Below are positions 36,602 to 46,498 of a stretch of DNA of 64,000 nucleotides, in pieces. Origin of the DNA: Pontiella sp. (lineage in GTDB: Bacteria; Verrucomicrobiota; Kiritimatiellia; Kiritimatiellales; Pontiellaceae); contig JBNKHE010000001.1 in assembly GCA_050290185.1 (NCBI GenBank), forward strand, positions 578,713 through 642,712, written 5' to 3'. The position numbers and the translations under genes are program-made. The notes beneath the pieces were generated by a model. The model saw nothing but the letters and a program-made list of their open reading frames with translations, was not told where the DNA came from and searched no databases. Position 1 is the stretch's first letter, and each line of letters starts with the position of its first letter.

Positions 36602-39520
36602 TTATTTCATATCCACGATAGCCTGCTTCCCAAGGTAGATCACTTCCTTGATTCCAGCCTCCGCCTCATCGATCCCCTTGGCGGTATCGGGCGTAGCGAG
36701 CACAACCCGGTATTTGCGCGCCTTGACGAGTTCCGGGAAACCGCCTTTGCGGTCGCCGATGGTCAGCGTGCGCGCAGCGTCGTTCCACTTTAGTTCGATG
36801 GTGGCGAATGCGCCCTTTTCATAGTTGTAGGTTTCTCCGTCGTCCTCGTAGATCGTGAAGGTGGCATCGGCCCCGGGATAGATGCGGATTTCGTACGGCG
36901 CATCCGGTTGCTCATCCACATACTGCATGGCCGGACTCATCGGCACGATAGATCCCGCGCGGACGTAGAGCGGGAAGATGTCCAGCGGGCACGGCCGTTC
37001 GATGTCCCGTCCGCCGTCGACCTTTTCGTTGGTCCAGAAGTCACACCACGTGCCGGCGGGCAGGTAGGTTTTCACCATATTATCCGGACCGGTATCGCCC
37101 GACGCCAATTCTTCGGGCGTCTTCCAGGCCAGCTTCAGGCCGCGGTCTCCCCCACCCTGGTAGTATTCGATCTTCAGCTGAACCTTCTGCCCCTTGGTGA
37201 AGGAGAGCTTCTTGCCATGGTACTCCATGCCATGGGCCCGCCAGTCATCGACAATCTGAACATCATCGATCCAGAGTCGCGCGCCGTCGTCGGCCACAGT
37301 TCCGATTTCGTACTCGCCGGTTTCCGGGATGGTTAATATTGCTTCGTAGCGGGCGGAGAAATCAGAGCCCCGTTCGATCCCCTCCGGAAAATCGGCCAGT
37401 GGAGGGCCGGGCCACGTCTGGTTGACCTGAGGCTCAACAGTTTTGCTGACCGCTTCTTCGAAGTTGCGACCGCGGTAGTACTGGACCGCAACGCCCGGTT
37501 GTCCGTCGGGCGTCTGGAGCAGCGCTCCCGGAACGAGACTCTCCGGGGCTTCCTCCCCGGCGGTATAGATGGCCCGATCGACAACCCGTGCGAGAAAGGA
37601 GGGCCCAAACATGAGCTGATTCTCGAGTTTGCGGACGTTTTGATCGTCCGGAAAATCCATCGCCATGCCGCGCATCATGGTGTAGCCATTAATGGTGGAC
37701 TGCCAGGCGAGGCCGTAGATGTATGGAATCAGACGGTAGCGCAGGTGCGCGGCATCGAGCATGGAATCGTACATCTCGGGATCCATGTCCTTAAAGAGAT
37801 AGGGCTCGCGAGAGATGCTCGTGCCGTGGATGCGGTAGATCGGATTGAAGATGGCGAACTGGTTCCAGCGGGCATACAGCTCGCGGTATTTCGGATCGCG
37901 CTCCGCATTTCCGTAAACAAAGAAACCGCCGGTATCCTGCGTCCAGTAGGGTTGCCCCGCCATGCAGACGTTCAGCCCGCCGGCAATCTGGCTGCGCAGC
38001 GTGTCCCAGCTCGCGCGGGTGTCGCCCGACCATGACAGTGCGGAGTAGCGCTGCTGGCCGGTGTAGGCGGAACGGGTCAGGGTGAAGACACGCTTGTTGC
38101 TGATGGCGCGCTGACCTTCGTAGGTGCCCTTGGTGGTCATCAGGCTGTAGGCGTTCAGATACCGTGAAAAGTCGCCCATGGCGTTGTCTCCAAGGTTCTT
38201 GATGTCGGCCATCACCTTGTAGGGATCATGACAGGCGCTGCCGACCTCGACCTCGGTCCCGTCCATCCAGAGCGCGTCGACACCGACATCGAGCAACCCC
38301 TTCTTGATGTGCTTGAAATAGATCTCGCGGCCCTTTTCACTGAAGGCGTCATAGATGCGAGCATGCTTGGAAATCCAGTGCAACGGCTCAAAGCGAAGTC
38401 CGTATTGATCCAGCTCCTTGGCCAGTGCGGTATCGTTGCCTACCGATGGCCAGATGGAAATCATCAGCTTGACGTGCAGATCATCGTGAAGCGTTTTGGC
38501 CATGCCGGCCGGATCGGGGTAGCGATCCGGTGTCCACGTCATACCACTCCAGGATCCGTCCTTGTCGCTGCCCCAGTATTGCCAGTCCTGCACAATGGTA
38601 TCGAGGGGGAACTGCACGTTGCGGAACTTTTTCACAACATCGATCACCTCATCCTGGGTCTTGTAGCGCTCCTTGCACATGAACAGACCGAAGAACTTCT
38701 TGGAAAGCATCGGGGCCGCACCGGTCAGCTTGCGGTAGCCGGCAATGACGTCGTCCATGGTGTCGCCCGCCATGAAATAGTAGTCGACGCCGGCTGGAGA
38801 ACTTTCGGACCAGAACGTGGCGCCGTCGGCATTGTCCTCGAAAGTCGTCTGAGAATAGGCGTCCCACATGATGCCGTAGCGATGAGTGGAAATCAGCAGC
38901 GGCACGACGATGCCGATGTTGGTCTGGATCAGCAGCACCTTCTTGCCGCGGTAGTCCATGTAGCGGTCATTGTACTGGCCAAGCCCGTAGAGCGATTCGT
39001 CGTCGCTCAACGTGAAGCGCTGTTTCACCTCGTAGGTTGGTGCTCCGGAGATCTCAACTTCCTTGATCTCGCTGGGTTGCTGGGCGTTTTCACGCGTGAT
39101 CAACGCTCCGTCTGGACGATAGAAGGACAATGCGCCGGTTTTACCATCAACCTTGATGGTCAGCATGTCGCTCACGATCTGAAAACCTCCATCGACCGGA
39201 ATGACCTTCAGCTCCGGCGCGTTCGGTTTATCCACCACCACCAGGCTGGCATACTCGGTCAAGGGCTTGCCCAGGTTGGAATTTACACGCACCGTTTCGG
39301 GGCCATAGAAAATGACGTTCTTGACGGTTTTGCCCACACGAATCTGCACACCATCCCGCAAACGGGCCACCTTCAACTCATCCACCTTCTTGGCTTGGGA
39401 CGCCAGTTTAAGTTGCCCACTTTCATCGAGTCCGGTCACGGATTTCGCAAAACCGTTCGAAGCCGCCATAAGAACCAGGCTCAGGGCAACAGCGCCATAG
39501 ATAGATCGTCTATACTTCAT
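36602..39520 (-). CDS. Secreted GH31 glycosidase (alpha-xylosidase-like) with PA14 insertion
   Basis: IVQDWQYW, LWMDGTE nucleophile, WSGD, DTGGF, RIHG; PA14 DDGARLWID..KIEYYQGGG. Confidence 0.9.
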   Translation of the reverse strand: MKYRRSIYGAVALSLVLMAASNGFAKSVTGLDESGQLKLASQAKKVDELKVARLRDGVQIRVGKTVKNVIFYGPETVRVNSNLGKPLTEYASLVVVDKPNAPELKVIPVDGGFQIVSDMLTIKVDGKTGALSFYRPDGALITRENAQQPSEIKEVEISGAPTYEVKQRFTLSDDESLYGLGQYNDRYMDYRGKKVLLIQTNIGIVVPLLISTHRYGIMWDAYSQTTFEDNADGATFWSESSPAGVDYYFMAGDTMDDVIAGYRKLTGAAPMLSKKFFGLFMCKERYKTQDEVIDVVKKFRNVQFPLDTIVQDWQYWGSDKDGSWSGMTWTPDRYPDPAGMAKTLHDDLHVKLMISIWPSVGNDTALAKELDQYGLRFEPLHWISKHARIYDAFSEKGREIYFKHIKKGLLDVGVDALWMDGTEVEVGSACHDPYKVMADIKNLGDNAMGDFSRYLNAYSLMTTKGTYEGQRAISNKRVFTLTRSAYTGQQRYSALSWSGDTRASWDTLRSQIAGGLNVCMAGQPYWTQDTGGFFVYGNAERDPKYRELYARWNQFAIFNPIYRIHGTSISREPYLFKDMDPEMYDSMLDAAHLRYRLIPYIYGLAWQSTINGYTMMRGMAMDFPDDQNVRKLENQLMFGPSFLARVVDRAIYTAGEEAPESLVPGALLQTPDGQPGVAVQYYRGRNFEEAVSKTVEPQVNQTWPGPPLADFPEGIERGSDFSARYEAILTIPETGEYEIGTVADDGARLWIDDVQIVDDWRAHGMEYHGKKLSFTKGQKVQLKIEYYQGGGDRGLKLAWKTPEELASGDTGPDNMVKTYLPAGTWCDFWTNEKVDGGRDIERPCPLDIFPLYVRAGSIVPMSPAMQYVDEQPDAPYEIRIYPGADATFTIYEDDGETYNYEKGAFATIELKWNDAARTLTIGDRKGGFPELVKARKYRVVLATPDTAKGIDEAEAGIKEVIYLGKQAIVDMK

Positions 39521-39609
39521 AACATTCCTTGATTTCAGTTTCTCTAAACATGCCTTGGAACCGGTAATCATAACAATTAAGGCCCCTCAGTCGATTTCCT
39601 TAAAACACA

Positions 39610-39638
39610 AAAAAGGCGCCGCACCGTTGTGCGGCTCC
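39610..39638 (-). terminator. Intrinsic terminator
   Basis: GGAGCCGCAC-AACG-GTGCGGCGCC followed by a T tract on minus. Confidence 0.65.
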
Positions 39639-39737
39639 TCCACTCCGTTGCCCGATAGTGGCTATGCGGACAGTCGGCCATACCCGGTGAAGATATCGGC
39701 GGCGACCATAGCCGCCAACATCCTCACGGCAACCCAA

Positions 39738-41681
39738 CTAGTTTCCTTCAATCCGGAAAAACTCCTTGCTCGAGGCCGCAGGAACCGTCGCCATGGTAGA
39801 AGCCCCCGCCCCGGAGACGTTGGTCACTGCCGTCCAGGACCCAGCAGTCAGGCTACTCTTGCTCATGACGCCATAGCTCGCGCCAATCTCGGATTGCCAT
39901 GTAAGCGTAGCCGAACCTCCCGATATCACAATCGACTGAATATCGGGCACAACCGTCGGTCCAGTCGGGGTCAAATTGATCAAGAAGGTGCGGTCGGCCG
40001 CCGGATGTACCGTCCCCAGATTGAGGGCCTCCTTCGTAGCCGTCGTATAGGCATCGCCGCCGCCGTACCAGTCGTTGGTGCCCATGCCCGCTAGTTCGAA
40101 GTAGGGTCCATAGGAGGTCAGATCGAAGCCATACTGCTTGTTGGCATCCAACGCGACGGGCACGCTCAATCTGTACTCCATCCAATAACCGGTGCCCAGC
40201 CCCCCGGAAACGCTGATGCTGTTGGATACCACCGTGAGCGCCTCGCTGTAGACCACAAAGTTGGCCGTGTTGGTTTGCGAAGGATCGACAATGCGGATCG
40301 TGACATCATCACCCGGATTCAGGCCGGCAAACGTGCCGTTGCCAGTAGGAAGATCATTGGTATAGAGCACGTTCTTAACCCAAACGGAACTCAACTCGTA
40401 GCCTGCAGAGGTCGAGCCGGTGGTGAAGATCTGTCCCTGGGTAAGGCGATCGTTCGCCACATAGGTCGAAGGATCGTTGTCCCCGGAATAAGCATTTGTC
40501 GAGACAACACCATCAATGTTATCCCAATCCATGCCGGGCGCTACAAACTGGGCGATGTCGTCCGCCCCGGCCCCCGGTGCATTGGTAGTCGAGGTGATGT
40601 ACACGCCCGATCCCTGGGCAACGATGCTGAATGCCCAGCTATTCGAAACGGCAGCAATACTTGGTTCCGTGTCATCGGCCACGATCTTTACCGTATGATG
40701 AGATCCTACCGCCAGCGGTGAAGGAACGGTATAGCTCACATAGTTGATCGTGGTGTCCACCGATTGGCTTACAACGGTAGAGACCTGCACATTGTCTAGA
40801 TACAAGGCGATGGAGTTGGTGTCGACGGGGAAAGTGCCATCAACGACCTCCGCCGTTATGGTTGGTGTTGCGTTGGTCGTTCCTCCTTCGGGACTTTTTG
40901 CACCAAAGCTAGGGGGATTCGCAGGAACCGTTGTAAGAACATCCGCAAAGGTCGTCCCCCATTTAATGTCATCCCAGAAACCGCTTGATTCATCGTAGTC
41001 TGAAAGCGTCAAGGTATCCCAGATCAGATCCTTACTCGACGCAATGAAAGAAGAATCGCCTTCGGAGGCTGGATCCAGCCAGACCGTTACTTCGTCGCTG
41101 GCAGCATTGGATGAAAGAACAAACTTTGCCACCATCAAATGCCAGCCCGTATCCAGAGCAATACCGGATGAGATATAGGAGTTGTCGACCCCGAAGCTGT
41201 AGACAGCCCCGCCCATTCCTCCATTATCCGTTGCACCCGCATCAAAGTTGCGGGAGGCATCGCTGTCGGTATTCCCGATGCCGTCGTACAGTGCCAGCAT
41301 CTCATAGGTCAGACCGGAAGTACCGTTGACTTTGAACAGCCATCCCAGATAGAGCGTACCTACGGAGTTGGAAGTCGCGCTGATCGAGGCATCCAGCTGG
41401 CGGGCGACACGACCGCTTGTAGTTTCTGCGAATCCATCATTCCCACTGACATAGCCACCGGGTTGACTGACAATATCCCCGCTTCCAAAGGATGTTGATG
41501 CGTGGACCCAATTGCTGACGTATCCCGATATAACCGGCGATGGAATATCGTCATCGAGTTGGGTAATGCCATCGTTGGCATATGCTGAGAAGTCATCATG
41601 ACTCAGCAACGTGGCCCGGGCCGAAACGGCTCCCATGGCCAGCACTGCGAGCAGGGTACTACTGGCTAATATCTTATTCAT
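39738..41681 (-). CDS. Secreted modular protein with no recognisable catalytic domain (lectin-like region, Ig-like domain, unnamed domain, C-terminal FFRI module)
   Basis: Signal peptide, S/T/G/D-rich beta-type composition; shares a ~200-aa domain with the neighbouring GH31. Confidence 0.85.
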   Translation of the reverse strand: MNKILASSTLLAVLAMGAVSARATLLSHDDFSAYANDGITQLDDDIPSPVISGYVSNWVHASTSFGSGDIVSQPGGYVSGNDGFAETTSGRVARQLDASISATSNSVGTLYLGWLFKVNGTSGLTYEMLALYDGIGNTDSDASRNFDAGATDNGGMGGAVYSFGVDNSYISSGIALDTGWHLMVAKFVLSSNAASDEVTVWLDPASEGDSSFIASSKDLIWDTLTLSDYDESSGFWDDIKWGTTFADVLTTVPANPPSFGAKSPEGGTTNATPTITAEVVDGTFPVDTNSIALYLDNVQVSTVVSQSVDTTINYVSYTVPSPLAVGSHHTVKIVADDTEPSIAAVSNSWAFSIVAQGSGVYITSTTNAPGAGADDIAQFVAPGMDWDNIDGVVSTNAYSGDNDPSTYVANDRLTQGQIFTTGSTSAGYELSSVWVKNVLYTNDLPTGNGTFAGLNPGDDVTIRIVDPSQTNTANFVVYSEALTVVSNSISVSGGLGTGYWMEYRLSVPVALDANKQYGFDLTSYGPYFELAGMGTNDWYGGGDAYTTATKEALNLGTVHPAADRTFLINLTPTGPTVVPDIQSIVISGGSATLTWQSEIGASYGVMSKSSLTAGSWTAVTNVSGAGASTMATVPAASSKEFFRIEGN

Positions 41682-41999
41682 TGCGCTCTCCCTCTCTTTG
41701 TTTTTTCTTCTCTCATTTCAGCCCCACGGAACCGGCAACTCATTGCCCCCTTAGTGCCTTCACCGTGTACACGCCGAACCTTGTGTTGCAAAATATCGGA
41801 TTCAGGGGCATTCCCGGCCAGACTGGAGAATAAATTACCACCCTCCTATTGATTACGAGCGACAGACGGTTTTTTTTACCGCCAGAAATTTTGAAAAAAA
41901 TGCACGGTACGATCACATGGCATCCGACAACGGCATCGGATGCAGACCGACGCCATCGTCACGAAACACATAAATGCGTGGAGAACCGCTGTTCGGTCA

Positions 42000-44900
42000 T
42001 TACGGACTTGGTGAAACAACGACCTCCGCGCCCGTATAGTTCACGATTTCGTCGGCTATAGCCGTATTGGTGATGCCAGCGCCTTGGCCTGCACCGACCC
42101 ACACCACCCGGAATGTCCGGTTCGAGAGCATGCCCGGGAAGGAGCCCTGCCGCGCGCCAATTGTCAGGGTTTGCGCGGTTTCGTCCCAGGTAAAGGGAAT
42201 GGTGGCATAGCTGCCGGTTTCATAGTTGTAGTTGTCGTTTTCATCCTCGTAGAGGGTGAAGTTTCCGTCGCCCCCGCGATAGACGCGGATTTCCATGGGA
42301 TCGACGCTTTCCGTCGCATACTGGATATCCGGGCCGTACGGCAGGATGGAGCCGGCACGTACAAAGATCGGCATCATGTCGATGGTTGCCGTGGCGCTGA
42401 TGGCCTGGCCGCCCGAATAGGAATTTCCGGTCCAGAAGTCATACCAGCTTGTTCCGGCCGGCAGATAGACATTCCGGCTGGTTGCGCCGGCGGCGGTCAC
42501 GGGACAGGCCATCATGGCCGGTCCAAACATGAACTGGTTGTTGATGTCGTACACGCTGCTATCCGACGGGAAGTCCATCAGCAGCGGCCGCATCATGGTG
42601 TAGCCTTCGCTCGTGACCATCCACGACACCGAGTAGATGTAGGGAATCAGGTGGTAGCGGAGGTTGACGAAGTCGATCAGCCGCGTCTGGGTCGCAGCCG
42701 GGAAACGCCAGATTTCCTTCGCATAGCTGGTGCCGTGAATCCGGAACATGGGGCAGAATGCGCCATATTGGAACCAGCGGGTAAACAGTTCGGCATAAGC
42801 CGCGGTCGAGGGATCCCCGCCAAAGAAGCCACCGATATCAGTGTTCCAATACGGAACGCCGGCAGCGGTGAAGTTCAGTCCTGCGGGGATTTGCTTGGTG
42901 TAAACATCCCAGGATCCCTGGATATCACCCGACCAGGTCACCGCGGCATTGCGTTGCTGGCCGGCAAAACCGGAACGGGTCAGGATAAAGACGCGTTTAT
43001 CTGAATTCTCGGCGCGCTGACCCTCATAAACCCCGGTGGTCTGCATCAGCGAATAGGCATTGTGCACCTTCGATCCGGCACCCAATGCGGTATCGTAGTG
43101 CCGGAATTCGCCCCAGGCCCCGCTCAGCTCCGGTTCGGACGCGTCGCACCACCATCCATCCAGGCCGTAACTGAAGAGGTGGTCCGAAAGGCCCTGCCAA
43201 TAAACCTGCCGCCCCGCCGGACGGAAGGGATCCAGCCATTTGCCCTGGCCGGCCGGCCACACGTAGGGAATGACGGGATCCAACGCACCATCGACCGCTT
43301 CGAGATCCTGCAGGTTGGGAATGCTGGTCCCGCCGGAAGTGACATCGAACTTGGCCCACACAGAGATGATGATGTGGACATTTGTGGCATGTATTGTATC
43401 CACCATGGCCTGCGGATCCGGGTAGCGGGTGGGATCGAAGTAATGCGACCCCCAGCCGCTTTGACCGAGTACTGCAGTTGAATCGTTCAAATCGGGCCAG
43501 TAGCGCCAGTCTTGGATAATTCCATCCAGCGGGATTCCCATACTGCGGTAGGTCTCCACCACGCCGAGCAGTTCGTCCTGGGTCTGGTAGCGTTCCTTGC
43601 ATTGCCACAATCCCCATGCCCACTTCCCGAACAGAGGCGGCGCGCCGGTAAGGTGCCGGTAGCCGGCAATGGCGTCATCGGGATCAGGCCCGTAGCAGAA
43701 ATAGTAATCCACGGCATCGCCGGCTTCCGAATTCCAGCTCATCCGGTTGGCCACCGAGTCGCCCACATCCACCGTGGTGATGGAGGCGCTGTCCCAGAGC
43801 AGGGCATACCCCTTTGAAGACAGCAGCACAGGAATCACAGCATCTTGGTTTTCCTGTTGCAAAACCCGGGTTTCGCCCACCCGGTTCATGACGCCATCAT
43901 TATGGAACTGGCCCAGACCGGAAAGCGCTTCGCCATCATCCAATGTAAAACTCTGTTTCAGGGTATAGCTTGCTTCATCCAGCCCGTTGAGCGTGGTCAG
44001 GGTCGTGGGGACCAGGGTCTTTCCCCCACCCGTTTGTTCCGCCAGCAATGACACCCCATTGGTATCATAGAAACCAACGGTTCCCGCACTGCGACTCACC
44101 CGAACTTCGAGGGCGGAAGTGGTCAGACGGATATCGGAAGGATTCTGCGTAAGGGTCCAACCTGAATTTGTTGAAGATGCAATAACGGTCAGGCTGTTGG
44201 TCGGAATGGAATTGGTCAGGCTGTAGGCCACACGAATCACGCTTGGCGAGAAAACCTGCAATTTCATGATGCCTGGATCCATTTGCAAGGTGGCACCATC
44301 GGCATCCTGCTGCACGGAAACCACCGGAATCAGATGTTCACCGGAAGATTGCTTCAGGCGATAGAACTTTGAGTTTTCATCCAAGGAATTGACCACGAAA
44401 TTGGTGCCGTTTCCGGCGTCCTCCGTATTTCCGGTGTAGTCCCATTCGCCATCCACCAGGTTGGTGGACGCCATCAGTAGGTATTCCAGGGAGGAGGAAG
44501 GCCAAACCAAGGTCGCCAGATTGTTTGATATGGAGGCAATGGACAGTGATGGCACCACCAGGGAGGAAAGCTCGACCACAAAGGTCCGGTCACCGGCGTG
44601 TACCGTGCCGGTGTTGAGGTCCCCCTTGCCGACGGTCGTATAGGCCGAACCTCCGGAATATTGGTTGGCTTCCATGCCGGCCAGTTCGAACCACGGGCTG
44701 TACGAGGTTAAATCAAAACCATACTGCTTGTCGGACCCCAGAACAACCGGGGTGGACAGCGTAATCTTCAGCCAATTTCCGGTGCCGTTCCAAGTACCAC
44801 CGCCTCCGCTGAATCCACTGCCTGCCGCGACCGTGGCGGTTTCGCTATGAACAACGAAATCCGATGCGCCGGACTGGGCGGGATCCACGATCCGCAGCGT

Positions 44901-45260
44901 AATTTGCGAGCCGTCGGCAAGGTTGGCGAACGTTCCATTGTCCAGGAAATTGGTATACCCCACCTGCCGCACCCAAACCGTTGTCAGGACGTAGCCCCCG
45001 GCTTGCATGCCGGTCGTAAAGAGCTGGCCCTGGGTGGTTCGGTCGTTGGCTACATAGGTGTAGGCGTCGTTGTCGCCCGCATAGGTGATGCCCGTTCCCC
45101 CGATGTTTTCCGTGTCGGAACCCGGGGAAACCAGCTGGGCGATGTCGTTGGGCCCCACGGACGGAGCAGCGGATTGCGAAGTAAGGGTCGCCGCCTGCGC
45201 AAACGCAGCTACGCACATGGACGCTGAAATTAAAATGGAGTGTTTTATGGTCATTGTCAT
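42000..45260 (-). CDS. Secreted GH31 alpha-xylosidase-like enzyme with a ~300-aa N-terminal accessory region
   Basis: IIQDWRYW, WWCDASEPE, WSGDI, WNTDIGGF, FRIHG, YEDENDNYNYE. Confidence 0.92.
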   Translation of the reverse strand: MTMTIKHSILISASMCVAAFAQAATLTSQSAAPSVGPNDIAQLVSPGSDTENIGGTGITYAGDNDAYTYVANDRTTQGQLFTTGMQAGGYVLTTVWVRQVGYTNFLDNGTFANLADGSQITLRIVDPAQSGASDFVVHSETATVAAGSGFSGGGGTWNGTGNWLKITLSTPVVLGSDKQYGFDLTSYSPWFELAGMEANQYSGGSAYTTVGKGDLNTGTVHAGDRTFVVELSSLVVPSLSIASISNNLATLVWPSSSLEYLLMASTNLVDGEWDYTGNTEDAGNGTNFVVNSLDENSKFYRLKQSSGEHLIPVVSVQQDADGATLQMDPGIMKLQVFSPSVIRVAYSLTNSIPTNSLTVIASSTNSGWTLTQNPSDIRLTTSALEVRVSRSAGTVGFYDTNGVSLLAEQTGGGKTLVPTTLTTLNGLDEASYTLKQSFTLDDGEALSGLGQFHNDGVMNRVGETRVLQQENQDAVIPVLLSSKGYALLWDSASITTVDVGDSVANRMSWNSEAGDAVDYYFCYGPDPDDAIAGYRHLTGAPPLFGKWAWGLWQCKERYQTQDELLGVVETYRSMGIPLDGIIQDWRYWPDLNDSTAVLGQSGWGSHYFDPTRYPDPQAMVDTIHATNVHIIISVWAKFDVTSGGTSIPNLQDLEAVDGALDPVIPYVWPAGQGKWLDPFRPAGRQVYWQGLSDHLFSYGLDGWWCDASEPELSGAWGEFRHYDTALGAGSKVHNAYSLMQTTGVYEGQRAENSDKRVFILTRSGFAGQQRNAAVTWSGDIQGSWDVYTKQIPAGLNFTAAGVPYWNTDIGGFFGGDPSTAAYAELFTRWFQYGAFCPMFRIHGTSYAKEIWRFPAATQTRLIDFVNLRYHLIPYIYSVSWMVTSEGYTMMRPLLMDFPSDSSVYDINNQFMFGPAMMACPVTAAGATSRNVYLPAGTSWYDFWTGNSYSGGQAISATATIDMMPIFVRAGSILPYGPDIQYATESVDPMEIRVYRGGDGNFTLYEDENDNYNYETGSYATIPFTWDETAQTLTIGARQGSFPGMLSNRTFRVVWVGAGQGAGITNTAIADEIVNYTGAEVVVSPSP

Positions 45261-45326
45261 TATCTCTACTCAGCGCCTTGCACACGTAGTTCCGTGAACA
45301 AGACAAGCGGCTGGTTCCTTGCTAAA

Positions 45327-45389
45327 CCGCACCCGGGAAACCCGGGTGCGGAAAAAGACATCCAGTCCTGTCTTATCGGACAGGACTGG
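45327..45389. terminator. Two tandem perfect hairpins after the PEP-CTERM gene
   Basis: CCGCACCCGGG-AAA-CCCGGGTGCGG and CCAGTCCTGTC-n6-GACAGGACTGG. Confidence 0.65.
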
Positions 45390-45405
45390 GTGATTATATG
45401 TTGAA

Positions 45406-46164
45406 CTACATCATCAAACGGCGGCGAACGAACAATACGCCAACGCCGAATACCCCGATCAGGCTGAGCGTGGCCGGCTCCGGAATCACATTGGAGATCG
45501 CGATGTTGTCCATCATGATCCATGCGTCACTGCCAGCGGCCGGGATGTAGTTATTAATACGCAGAAACAGCTCTCCGCCGGTCTGCGCAGAAACATCAAG
45601 GGTTCCGCCCTCTCCGATGAACAAATTGAAACCGGTGCTATCTCCCTTATCGATCACGAATGAATCCAAAAGAGTTATGCCATCCGCGCCCAGAACATCG
45701 GTATTGTCAGCGGCTACGAATGCACCCGTTCCATTAAACTCATAGACAGCTACACGGATACCGAAATCCCGCCCTGAAGCATTTCCGAAGTCACCATAAT
45801 CGAAGGAAACATCGAATGCCGTGGCAGCAGCATCGGATCCAATGCTCTGGTATACCCAACTGTTGCCGGTAGTACCGTCTACAGTGGCATCGGCCGAGAA
45901 ACCCGAGAACGCCAATGCAGCCTGGCCGGTATAACCGGATTGGGTGTCCGTGGGAACTTCGGCATCACGCGTATCCTGCCAAGGATGCCTAAAAAAATCG
46001 GTGGTAGTAGTGTCACTATACCAACCGCTAATGCTGGCTTGGGTCGACTCGTCGGCGATGCCGGTTTCAAAGTCACCATTGGTGATCAACAACGCGGCAC
46101 CCGCAAACGGCGCCAATCCCAACAGAGCCATCAAAACGACGCCTCTCTTCATTTCTTTTTTCAT
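45406..46164 (-). CDS. PEP-CTERM sorting-domain protein
   Basis: Signal peptide, ITNGDFE start, C-terminal VIPEPATLSL-TM-RRR. Confidence 0.95.
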   Translation of the reverse strand: MKKEMKRGVVLMALLGLAPFAGAALLITNGDFETGIADESTQASISGWYSDTTTTDFFRHPWQDTRDAEVPTDTQSGYTGQAALAFSGFSADATVDGTTGNSWVYQSIGSDAAATAFDVSFDYGDFGNASGRDFGIRVAVYEFNGTGAFVAADNTDVLGADGITLLDSFVIDKGDSTGFNLFIGEGGTLDVSAQTGGELFLRINNYIPAAGSDAWIMMDNIAISNVIPEPATLSLIGVFGVGVLFVRRRLMM

Positions 46165-46211
46165 TTTTTCTCCTTATTCATTATGGCGCAGATTAACTGC
46201 GTCCTTCCCTC

Positions 46212-46241
46212 TTGCAACGCACACTGCGTTGCAAAAAAGCG
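46212..46241. promoter_or_regulatory. Palindrome and shared upstream motif before the PEP-CTERM gene
   Basis: TTGCAACGCA-CAC-TGCGTTGCAA; minus-strand CGCTTTTTTGCAACGC resembles CGATATTTTGCAACAC at 41783-41798. Confidence 0.45.
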
Positions 46242-46498
46242 ATGTTTTCGGGACACGACAAAGCCAATAACGGCATAGAATTGAGATGTCCCTATTTATG
46301 CGGGCGACAAACGAAGCGGGTTACCGACACATAAATAAAAAAAAATGCATGGTATGGTCGCATCCCGACCATCAAGAGAGAGAATGATGCGCACATGACC
46401 GCACAACTGACTACATCTATGATACTTATGAATATACTCACCTTTTCGAAAAACAAGGAGGCGATGGCAGGAAATGAAACCGTCCAATCGGCGATGGG

